A stretch of 20,000 bases of DNA from Squalus acanthias (taxonomy: Eukaryota). The notes beneath the pieces were generated by a model. It saw only the letters and a list, made by a program, of their open reading frames with translations. It had not been told where the DNA came from and did not search any database. The DNA lies in NCBI GenBank assembly GCA_030390025.1, contig JASTWF010000350.1, positions 484,528 through 504,527 of the forward strand, given 5' to 3'. This document shows, piece after piece, positions 1-11,386 of the stretch. A program made the position numbers and the translations under genes. Numbering within the stretch: the first letter of the stretch is position 1; each line of letters opens with the position of its first letter.

Positions 1-3000
1 TCAAAGGTAGTAATCTCAGGATTGCTACCAGTGCCACGTACTAGTTAGAGTAGAAACAGAAGAATATTTCAGATGAATACTGGCTAGAGGAATGGTGCAA
101 GGGGGTGGGATTCAAATTCCTGGGACATTCGAACCGGTTCTGGGGGAGGTGGGACCAGTACAAACTGGACGGTTTGCACCTGGGCAGGACCGGGACCGAT
201 GTCCTAGGGGGAGTGTTTGCTAGTGCTGTTGGGGAGGGTTTAAACTAAAATGGCAGGGGGTTGGGAACCTGTGCAGGGAGACAGAGGAAAGGGAAGCAAG
301 GATAGAAGCAAAAGACAGGAAGGAGAAAAGCAAAAGTGGAAGTCAGAGAAATCAAGAGTGTAAATCAAACATGGCCACAGTAAACAATAATTCTAAAAGG
401 TCTAAGAGTGTTAAAAAAACAAGCCCGAAGGCTTTGTGTCTTAATGCGAGGAGCATTTGTAATAAGGTGGATGAATTAGCTGCGCAAATAGATGTAAACG
501 GATATGATATAATTGGGATTATGGAGACATGGCTCCAGGGTGACGAAGGCTGGTAATTTAACATCCAGGGGTATTCAATATTCAGGAAGGACAGGCAAAA
601 AGGTAAAGGAGGTGGGGTAGCATTGCTGGTTAAAGAGGAGATTAACACCATAGTAAGGAAGGATATTAGCGCTGATGATGTGGAATCTGTATGGGTAGAG
701 CTGAGAAATAACAAGGGGCAGAAAACGTTAGTGGGAGTTGTATACAGACCCCCAAACAATAACGCTGAGGTTGGGGATGGCATTAAAAGGGAAATTAGAG
801 ATGCGTGCAATAAGGGCACAGCAGTTATCATGGGTGACTTTAATCTACATATAGATTGGGCTAACCAAATTAGTAACAATACTGTGGAAGAAGAATTCCT
901 AGAGTGTATACGGGATGGTTTCCTGGACCAATATGTCGAGGAACCAACTAGAGATCAGGTCATCTTCGACTGGGTATTATGTAATGAGAAAGGATTAATT
1001 AGCAATCTTATTGTGCGAGGCCCCTTGGGGAGGAGCGATCATAATATGATAGAATTCTTCATTAAGATGGAGAGTGAAGTAGTAGTTGACTCAGAGATTC
1101 GGATACTGAATTTAAATAAAGGAAACTACGATGGTATGAGGCGCGAGTTGGCTAGGATGGATTGGGGAATGTTACTTAAAGGGTTGACGGTGGATAGGCA
1201 ATGGCAAACATTTAAAGATCGCATGGATGAACTACAGAATTTGTTCATCTCTGTTTGGCATAAAAATAAAACAAAAAAGCTGACTCAACCATGGCTAACA
1301 AGGGAAATTAGGGATAGCATAAGATCCAAGGAGAGGACATATAAATTGGCCAGAAAAAGCAGCAAACCTGAGGATTGGGAGCAGTTTAGGATTCAGCAAG
1401 GGATGACAAAAGGATTAATTAAGAGGGGGAAAATAGAGTATGAGAGTAAGCTTTCAGGGAACATAAAAACTGACTGTAAAAGCTTCTATAGATATGTGAA
1501 GAGAAAAAGATTGGTGAAGTCAAGCGTAGGTCCCTTGCAGTCAGAATCAGGGGAATTTATAATGGGCAACAAAGAAATGGCAGACCAATTAAATACATAC
1601 TTTGGTTCTGTCTTCACAAAGGAGGACACAAATAAACTCCCAGAGATGTCGGGGAAGATAGGGTCTAATGAGAGGGAGGAACTGAATGAAATCAGCATTT
1701 GTAGGGAAATGGTAGGGAAATGTAGGGAAATTGATGGGATTGAAGGCCGATAAATCCCCAGGGCCTGATAATCTACATCCTAGGGTACTTAAGGAAGTGG
1801 CCCTAGAAATAGTAGATGCATTGCTGGTCATCTTCCAAAATTCTATAGACTCTGGAACAGTTCCCATGGATTGGAGGGTAGCTAATGTAACCTCACTATT
1901 TAAAAAAGGTGGTGGAGAGAAAATGGGGAATTATAGACCGGTAAGCCTGACATCGGTAGTGGGGAACATGCTAGAGTCCATTATAAAAGATGTAATAGCA
2001 GAGCACTTGGAAAACAGTGACAGGATCGGACAAAGTCAACATGGATTTACAAAAGGTAAATCATGCTTGACTAATCTACTGGAATTTTTGAGGATGTAAC
2101 TGGTAGAATAGATAAGGGAGAACCAGTGGATGTGGTGTATTTGGACTTTCAGAAGGCTTTCGATAAGGTCCCGCATAAGAGATTAGCGTGCAAATTTAAA
2201 GCACATGGGATTGGGGGTAAGGTACTGACTTGGATAGAAAACTGGCTGGCAGACAGGAAGCAAAGAGTTGGAATAAACGGGTCTTTTTCCAAGTGGCAGG
2301 CAGTGACTAGTGGGGTACCACAGGGATCGGTGCTAGGACCCCAGTTATTCACAATATATATTAATGATCTAGACGAGGGAACTAGATGTAATATCTCCAA
2401 ATTTGCAGACGACACAAAGCTGGGTGGGCGTGTGTGCTGTGAGGAGGATGCAGAGAAACTCCAGTATGATTTGGACAGGTTGGGTGATTGCGCAGATGCA
2501 GTATAATGTGGATAAATGCGAGGTTATCCACTTTGGTGGCAAAAACAGGAAGGCAGATTATTATCTGAACGGCAATAGATTGGGAAAAGGGGAAGTGCAA
2601 CGAGACCTGGGTGTCCTTGTGTACCAGTCGCTGAAGGTGAGCATGCAGGTGCAGCAGGCGGTTAAGAAGGCAAATGGTATGTTGGCCTTCAGAGCGAGAG
2701 GATTCGAGTACAGGAGCAAGGACGTCTTGCTGCAGTTGTACAGTGCCTTGGTGAGACCACCCCTTGAGTATTGTGTGCAGTTTTGGTCGCCTTATCTGAG
2801 GAAGGATGTTCTTGCCATGGAGGGAGTGCAGCGAAGATTCACCAGACTGATACCTGGGATGGCAGGAATGACGTATGAAGAGAGATTGGGTCGATTAGGT
2901 TTATATTCGCTAGAGTTTTGAAGAATGAGAGGGGATCTCATTGAAACTCATAAAATTCTAACAGGACTAGACAGACTAGATGCAGGAAGGCTGTTCCCGA

Positions 3001-3320
3001 TGGCGGGGGAGTCCAGAACCTGGGGTCACAGTCTAAGGATAAGGGGTAAGCCATTTAGGACTGAGATGAGGAGGAATTTCTTCACCCAGAGAGTGGTGAA
3101 CCTGTGGAATTCTCTACCACAGAAGGCAGTTGAGGCCAATTCATTAAATATATTCAAGAAGGAGTTAGATATATTTCTTAAGGCTAAGGGGATCAAGGGA
3201 TATGGGGAGAAAGCAGGGACAGGGTACTGAATTTGGATGATCAGCCATGATCGCATTGAATGGCGGAGCAGGCTCAAGGGGCCAAATGGCCTACTCCTGC
3301 TCTTATCTTCTATGTTTCTA
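1..3320 (+). mobile_element. CR1-clade LINE, running off the left edge, decayed (ORF1 esterase-like end, ORF2 APE endonuclease + reverse transcriptase, 3' tail)
   Basis: ORF1 tail (KVVISGLLPVP...DGLHL...GEGLN*) to about 248. ORF2 fragments contain [26 protein letters not shown] and FADD, with CR1 C-terminus ending at 3230. 3' UTR aatggcctactcctgc and tctatgtttcta tail. Broken by stops at 554-556 and 2919-2921 and frameshifts near 1710-1730, 2090 and 2490. Antisense to the host gene. Confidence 0.95.
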
Positions 3321-4076
3321 CACTGTCCCATCAAACACTCCCAGAGCAGGTACAGCACGGGTTAGACACAGAGTAAAGCTCCCACTACACTGTACCATCA
3401 AACATTCCCAGAGCAGGTACAACATGGGCTGGATACAGAGTCAAGCTCCCACGACACTGTCTCATCAAACAGTCCCAGGGCAGGTACAGTTCAGGTTAGA
3501 TACAGAGTAAAGCTCCCTCTACACTGTCCCATCAAACACTCCCAGGGCAGGTACAGCACGGGTTAGATACAGAGGAAAGCTCCCTCTACACTGTCCCATC
3601 AAACACTCCAGGGGCAGGTACAGCACAGGTTGGATATAGAGTAATGCTCCCTCTACACTGTCTCATCAAACAGTCCCAGGGCAGGTACAGTTCAGGTTAG
3701 ATACAGAGTAAAGCTCCCTCTACACTGTCCCATCAAACACTCCCAGGGCAGGTAGAGCATGCGTTAGATACAGAGTAAAGCTCCCTCTACACTGACCCAT
3801 CAAACACTCCCAGGGCAGGTACAGCACAGGTTAGATTCAGAGTAAAGCTCCCTCTACACTGTCCCATCAAACACTCCCAGGGCAGGTACAGCACGGGTAA
3901 GATACAGAGTAAAGCTCCCTCTACACTGTCCCATCAAACACTCCCAGGGCAGGTACAGCACGGGTTAGATACAGAGTAAAGCTCCATCTACACTGTCCCA
4001 TCAAACACTCCCAGGGCAGGTACAGCACGGGTTAGATACAGAGTAAAGCTCCCTCTACACTGTCCCATCAAACACT
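3319..4076. repeat. 67-bp tandem repeat, about 11 copies
   Basis: Unit ctctacactgtcccatcaaacactcccagggcaggtacagcacgggttagatacagagtaaagctcc; period checked at 3852 and 3919. Confidence 0.95.
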
Positions 4077-4138
4077 TGATATGATGTTACTGCATTTGCA
4101 GAGTGCTGGAAGTGCACAGTGTTCTATTCCAAACACTA

Positions 4139-4552
<414 letters not shown>

Positions 4553-4588
4553 TCACATCTATCTCAATCAGCAGAACAGTCCTTTTTT

Positions 4589-4842
4589 CATAGAATCATG
4601 GAGCCCATCGTGCCTGTGCCGGCTCTTTGAACGAGCGATCCAATTCGTCCCACTCCCTGGCACTGTCCCCTTTGGCACTGCAAATGTTTATTTTTCAAGT
4701 ATTTATCCAATTTAATTTTGAAAGTTACTATTGAATCTGCTTCCACCACCCTTGCAGGCAGTGCATTCCAGATCACAACAACTCGCTGTGTAAAAAAAAT
4801 ATTCTCCTTGTCTCCCCCTGGCTTTTTTTGCCAATTATCTTA
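4589..4842 (-). mobile_element. CR1 LINE 3' fragment
   Basis: Minus-strand translation IWNALPARVVEADSIVTFKIKLDKYL resembles the CR1 ORF2 C-terminus; ends in a (attctatg)-like tail. Confidence 0.8.
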
Positions 4843-5349
4843 AGTTCTTTGTTTTTTTTCTATGCGAAGTTCAGCTGTTGCATAAATGCGGTGGTAGAAT
4901 GTGATCGGACTCAGTGAAGTCCCATGGGATGATAGGGTTGCTGGTTAAATTCCCACCGGATGAACAGTACCCAGCACAGCAAGCATGACTCAGAGGGAGG
5001 GAGGTGGGAGGGAGGGAGGAAGACATGCACTCCATGCATCTGGACTATGCATTTTGCCCTCATTAAAGAAACAGTTTCTCTTATTTCCGTTCTCTTTACA
5101 CGGATCCGCGCCTCCAATTTAATTTCTCAGCCCTGTCCAAATGTTGCAATATCATAGGGTCCATCCATCATTCAGCTCTCAACTCATACACGGAGAGTGA
5201 AGTCTGTGTGGAGCAAGTTCCTGACCTGTTGGAGTTGCCAGTGATGTGTTGAGCAGTGCTGGTCCTTGGAAACCCTCCACCACAGGCTCTCCGCAACGCC
5301 GGAACCCCAGGCTGGCCAGTGTAGGCAGTGCACAGTATTCAGTGAAGGG

Positions 5350-6468
5350 CATGAGTGTGAGTGTATGTCAGTGTGTGTGTGTCTGTGAGAGAGTGAGAGT
5401 GTGTGTATGAGTGAGTGTGTGAGTGTGTGTTTGTGTGTGTGTGTCTGAGTGTGTATGTGTGTTTGTGTGTGTGTGAGAGTGTGTGTTTGTGTCTGAGAGT
5501 GCATGGGTGTGTCTGAGTGTGTAAGTGTGTGTTTGTGTGTTTAAGTGTGAGTGTGTGTCTGAGTGTGTGTTTGTTGTGTGTGTGAGTGTGTTTGTGTCTG
5601 AGAGTGTATGAGTGTTTGTGTGTGTCTGAGTGTGTGTTTGTGTCTGAGTGTTTGAGTTTGTGTGTGTGTCTGAGTGTGTGTGTGTTTGTGTGTGTATCTG
5701 AGTGTGTGCATGTGAGTGTGTATGTGTGTTTGTGTGTGAGTGTCTGAGTGTGTGTTTATGTCTGAGAGTGTGTGTGTGTTTGTATCTGAGTGTGTGCGTG
5801 TGTGAGTGTGTATGTGTGTTTGTGTGTGTGAGAGTGTGTGTTTGTGTCTGAGAGTGTGAGTGTGTCTGAGTGTAGTGAGTGTGTGTTTCTGTGTGTGTGT
5901 GAGTGTGTGTTTGTGTCTGAGAGTGTGTGTGTGTTTGTCTGAGTGTGTGTTTGTGTGTATGTGTTTGTGTGTGAGTGTGTGTGTGTGAGTGCGTGTGTGC
6001 ATATCTTTGTGTGCGTGTGTTTGTGTGTGTTTGTGAGTGTGCATGTGTGTATGTGTTGGTGTGTGTAAGTGTGTGAGTGTGTCTTTGTTTGTATGCATGT
6101 GTGTCTGAGTGTGTGTGTGTGTGTGTGTGTCTTTGTGTGTGAGTGTGTGTTTGTTTGTATGTGTGTGTGTCTGAGTGTGTGAGTGTGTGTTTGTGTGTGA
6201 GTGTGTCTGAGTGTGTGTGTGAGTGTGTCTGAGTGTGTGTGTGCGTGTCTGTCTGAGTGTGTGTGTGTCTGAGTGTGTGTGTGTGTCTGAGTGTGTGAGT
6301 GTGTGTGAGTGTGTTTGAGTGTGTGTGTGTCTGAGTGTGTGCGTGTCTGAGTGTGTGCGTGTCTGAGTGTGTGTGTGTCTGAGTGTGTGAGTGTGTGTGA
6401 GTGTGTTTGAGTGTGTCTGAGTGTGTGTGAGTGTGTGAGAGTGTGTGAGAGTGTGTGAGTGTGTGTGA
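5350..6468. repeat. Degenerate (TG)n/(CA)n microsatellite tract, about 1.1 kb
   Basis: Continuous tgtgtg with recurring gtctgagtgt interruptions; lies between the two 97-nt exons. Confidence 0.97.
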
Positions 6469-6817
6469 GCTGAGAGCCTCCTTCAATAGAGAAAAACAGC
6501 AACACTCAGGAGAAGCAGGCTGGCCTCCAGGAATAAAAAGTGGGCACATTTTGTGCCCCATGCAGGCATGGCCTGGTGCCCCTGGCAGCCAAAGCAGGGC
6601 ACTGGGACCAAGGCAAATACCCACCCACGTCAGGAGGTGGCTCCTGGGAATGTTGAGATGGCCTCAGTCTGCAGATTAAATCTATTCAGAGAGCGAGGTG
6701 CAGTGTAAAGAGCGGACCGGCAGCAGCCAAGCCGAGATTCTGTCTCTTTAAAGGAAGCCCGTCATTCCTCAGCCAGAGAGGGGCAACCACTGGCCGGTAA
6801 GTCAATATGAAGCAAAC

Positions 6818-6914
6818 CTTCCAGGCCACCCTACAAGGGCACTTCCTCCCCAGTCCCAGGGGGGGCGCGATCGCACACACTATCGTGTACATGTCCTTAT
6901 AGTGAATCCTTCCG
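6818..6914 (-). CDS. CACNA1E: Alternative EF-hand exon, e37a-like (97 nt, phase 2/0)
   Basis: (C)[32 protein letters not shown], with the RIHYKDMY signature of Cav2.1/2.2 exon 37a; ctttctttgtag| acceptor, ctaac branch-like site, AAG|gtttgc donor; no stop codon. Confidence 0.88.
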
Positions 6915-7735
6915 CTACAAAGAAAGCACATTCGGTTAGACAATAACAACAGTCGGAGAGCACACAGTTACCATCGCTCAGCAAGAAGACAGTTCAGCGC
7001 CACTTCCGCGGATGAAGACCAGAGGCTGGACCTGGTCTTCCTCTGCTTCAGGTCGTGCTGCCAATTGGCCAAATGCCATGTGTCGGGGCCCAAGGCATTG
7101 ACTGGCAGTAAAAACCACACAGGTGGTTAAACAGAGCAAGAAGTATCTGGCACATGGACTGCAGGGTATAACCAAGAGTTTATAATCTCTTGTCTTTGCC
7201 ATCCTTTAATCTCTTTACAACAGGTCTCTTGACTGCAAGGTCCACAAGCTTTCACTTCCTGGAGAGCATTGAAGGATGGTCTATCGCAGCATTCATCGTG
7301 ACTGTGAAAGCCCTCAAGGTAAGCTGCAGGCCATTAGTTTTAATACAGGACATTCAGTCCTGCAATAGCTGCTGGGAGAACAAGCTTCTATAGCATTGTC
7401 TTGCTTTCTCTCACCCTCCAGTGGAACGCTTGGAGTTAATGTACCACACCATTCTCTGGCCTCAAGTTTAGCACAGAACAACTGTGAGTGATTGTCACAT
7501 CTGATGATGAGTTATCTCGATCTCAATGTCTAGTATGCACTGGATAAAAGGGAGCAATTCACTCGTTTCCAGTACAGTATGCCTGATGTGTGTCTGTCTC
7601 AGTTTCAGCTCCTGTACAGTATGCACTGGGTAGAATCAAGTTCATACCAAAGATAAGCTTTCAAATCTGGCACAAAATTGGCATTAATGGCTCAGACCTG
7701 CTGGTAGATCACTGGTATTTTGGAACTCAAAGGCA

Positions 7736-8781
7736 CCAGTCAGAGTACAGATGACTCCCTCAGAGAGGGGACTGAGAGATACCAGTCAGTGTACAGATAC
7801 CTCCCTGAGGACGAGAGACTGAGAGACCCCAGTCAGTGTACAGATATCTTCCTGAGGACGAGAGACTGAGAGACCCCAGTCAGTGTACAGATATCTTCCT
7901 GAGGACGAGAGACTGAGAGACCCCAGTCAGTGTACAGGCATCTCCCTGAGAGAGGGACTGAGAGACAGCAGTGAGTGTACAGATATTTCCCTGAGGGAGA
8001 GGGACTGAGACACACTAGTCAATGTATAGATATCTCCCTGAGGGAGAGGGACTGAGAGACACCAGTCAGTATACAGATATTTCCCTGAGGGAGAGGGACT
8101 GAGCGACATCAGTCGGTATACAGATATCTCCCTGAGGGAGAGGGACTGAGAGACCACTCAGTGTACAGATATCTCCCTGAGAGAGGGACTGAAAAACAAC
8201 AGTCAGTGTACAGGTATCTCCCTGAGGGAGAGGGACTGAGAGACCCCACTCAGTGTACAGATATCTCCCTGAGGGAGAGGGGACTGAGAGACCCCAGTCA
8301 GTGTACAGATATCTCCCAGAGGGAGAGGGACTGAGAGACCCCAGTCAGTTTACGGATATCTCCCTGAGGGAGAGGGACTGAGAGACCCCACTCAGTGTAC
8401 AGATATCTCCCTGAGAGAGGGACTGAAAAACAACAGTCAGTGTACAGGTATCTCCCTGCGGGAGAGGGGACTGAGACACACCAGTCAGTGGATAGATATT
8501 TCCCTGAGGGAGAGGGGACTGAGAGGCTCCAGTCAGTTTACGGATATCTCCCTGAGGGAGAGGGGACTGAGAGGCCCCAGTCAGTGTACAGATATCTCCC
8601 TGAGGGAGAGGGACTGAGAGACCCCAGTCAGTTTACAGATATCTCCCTGAGGGAGAGGGGACTGAGAGACCCCAGTCAGTGTACAGATATCTCCCTGAGG
8701 GAGAGGGACTGAAAAACACCAGTCAGTGTACAGATATCTCCCTGAGGGAGAGGGACTGAGAGACCCCAGTCAGTGTACAGA
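7736..8781. repeat. 46-47-bp minisatellite, about 22 copies
   Basis: Unit cagtcagtgtacagatatctccctgagggagagggactgagagaccc; starts at 7783, 7830 and 7877. Confidence 0.95.
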
Positions 8782-9065
8782 TTCCTAACTTTGTGTCAGA
8801 TGAATCAGTTGCCCCTTTATATACAGACTTTAGGCTAAATTCCACTCCCTGTGGTGTGATGCAGGGGCCAGGTGTCAGGGAATCGAGGCAGTAGGCCTCT
8901 TGTCCTCTCAGTGTGTGGCTTCCCTTTTCTATCTCGTGAAGAATGTTTGCCTCATTGCTTGGATCAGGTGAACCGCAGCATCCCATAATATTGCAGCTCC
9001 GTACTTCTGGAGAATAAATACAGGTAGTTTGTAAGCAGTTCCCTCGTCCAGGGCTGGGGCACCTA

Positions 9066-9218
<153 letters not shown>

Positions 9219-9623
9219 TTAGAAACGAGGGCAGAGCCGTCTCAAGCTAAACACCTGCTGCTTGTCCTCAGGACCATCAACAAACAGCAAGAGCTGCAAC
9301 GCACCCTGGCCCAGCGCGACGGGGGTACACCTGACACCACCTCTCGACCCGCTGTACTCCTCGACAGCTGAGAGACCTCAGAGCCCCTTCAGGACGCTCC
9401 GCACCAACTCGAGCTCAGGAGAGGAGGCAGGCGGGGCCTGGCAGTGTAGCTGCGGTGGTGGTGTGTACAGGGGCACTGGTTTGGCCCCAGCTGGTCGATG
9501 GTGTACAACTCTTGTCACTGTACTGCAGTGGGACTGCAGCTCTGACCTGCTCAGGTGCAGACAGAGCAAGTAACCCGGCACCAGAGATTAGGGGAATGTG
9601 GTTTGAGGGGACACTAACAAAAT

Positions 9624-10058
9624 AAAGACTTGCATTTCTATAGCACCTTTCACGACCTCAGGACTCTCAGCCAATGAGGTACTTTTGAAGTGTACTCACT
9701 GTTGTAATGTAGGAAACGCGGCAGCCAAATTTTGCACAGCAGGCTCCCACAAACAGCAATGTGATAATGATCAGATAATCTGTTTTTAATAATGTTGGTT
9801 GAGGGATAATTATTGGCCAGGACACCAGGGATAACTCCCCTGCTCTTCTTTGAAATAGTGCCATGGGATCTTTTACATCCACCTGAGAGAGATGGTTTAA
9901 CATTTCACCGAAAGACAGCATCTCCGACAGTGCAGCACTCCCTCAGTACTGCACTGGAGTGTCAGCCTAGATTTTGCGCTCAATTCTTTGGAGTGGGAGT
10001 TGAACCCATGACTTTCTGACTCAAAGATGAGAGTGCTACCCACTGAGCCACAGCTAAC
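9624..10058 (-). mobile_element. tRNA-derived SINE, probably DeuSINE (SacSINE1/AmnSINE1-like)
   Basis: Minus strand begins with A-box-like tggctcagtggg and B-box-like gggttcaactcc. The central part (ggatgtaaaagatcccatggcactatttc..., ttggctgccgcgtttcctacattacaac) matches the Deu-domain as recalled; tail gctatagaaatgcaagtctt. Confidence 0.75.
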
Positions 10059-10250
10059 CTGAAGAAAGCTGGAACTGTTTACACCAAAGAAAGGGAGGGT
10101 CGGGGAGACCTGAGTGAGGGTATCAAGAATTTGAATGTGCGTGGAAAGGGGCTTGGCTGGTTAGAGAATAATTCTAATGATTAAAAATGACCGAACTCTT
10201 GTATCGAGCACTTCCCGGTGACATCTGAAGGTTCCAAGATTGCCACTTAC

Positions 10251-10392
10251 GAGGAACGAGCAGAGGAATATGAAGGAAACGAAGTAGAAATAAGCGAAAT
10301 CGGTGCCACAGCTGGGCTGACTGGTCCCCTCGCATTTCTTCTCACTCAGGCAGGCCAGCATGATCTCCTGCCACGACTCCCCCGTTGCACTC
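10251..10392 (-). CDS. CACNA1E: Cav2.3 exon, domain IV selectivity filter and start of S6 (142 nt, phase 2/0)
   Basis: (R)[47 protein letters not shown]; filter Glu in TGE retained; ttgctgcag| acceptor with tactgac branch site, CTC|gtaagt donor. Confidence 0.95.
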
Positions 10393-10420
10393 CTGCAGCA
10401 AGCACACAGCCTCCGTCAGT

Positions 10421-11386
10421 ATGGGGAGAAACACTGGGCACTGGGGCAAGACGCTGGTATTGGGGAAAACACTGGGTATTGGGGAAAACACTGGGTATTG
10501 GGGAAAACACTGGGTATTGGGGAAAACACTGGGTATTGGGGAAAACACTGGGTATTGGGGGAAAACACTGGGTATTGGGGAAAACACTGGGTATTGGGAA
10601 AACACTGGGTATTGGGGGAAAACACTGGGTATTGGGGAAAAACACTGGGTATTGGGGGAACACTGGGTATTGGGGGAAAACACTGGGTATTGGGGAAAAA
10701 CACTGGGTATTGGGGAAAACACTGGGTATTGGGGAAAACACTGGGTATTGGGGAAAACACTGGGTATTGGGGAAAACACTGGGTATTGGGGAAAACACTG
10801 GGTATTGGGGAAACACTGGGTATTGGGGAAAAACACTGGGTATTGGGGAAACACTGGGTATTGGGGAAAACACTGGGTATTGGGGAAAAACACTGGGTAT
10901 TGGGGAAAAACACTGGGTATTGGGGAAAACACTGGGTATTGGGGAAAAACACTGGGTATTGGGGAAAAACACTGGGTATTGGGGAAAAACACTGGGTATT
11001 GGGGAAAACACTGGGTATTGGGGAAAACACTGGGTATTGGGGAAACACTGGGTATTGGGGAAAACACTGGGTATTGGGGAAAACACTGGGTATTGGGGAA
11101 AACACTGGGTATTGGGGAAAACACTGGTATTGGGGAAAACACTGGGTATTGGGGAAAACACTGGGTATTGGGGGAAACACTGGGTATTGGGGAAAACACT
11201 GGGTATTGGGGAAAACACTGGGTATTGGGGAAAACACTGGGTATTGGGGGAAACACTGGGTATTGGGGAAACACTGGGTATTGGGGAAAACACTGGGTAT
11301 TGGGGAAAACACTGGGTATTGGGGAAAACACTGGGTATTGGGGAAAACACTGGGTATTGGGGAAAACACTGGGTATTGGGGAAAAC
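10421..11386. repeat. 19-bp (18-20) G-rich minisatellite, about 50 copies
   Basis: Unit ctgggtattggggaaaaca with variable A and G runs. Confidence 0.97.

Noticed and set aside
623..3230. Active or domesticated reverse transcriptase gene
   Set aside because: Multiple stops and frameshifts; an ordinary decayed CR1 copy.
5184..6624. His/Thr-rich ORFs
   Set aside because: Translation of CA repeats.
6818..6914. Assembly duplication or recent pseudo-exon copy of 4394-4490
   Set aside because: The exons are strongly diverged, the flanks are unrelated, and the a-exon carries the e37a signature of paralogous genes.
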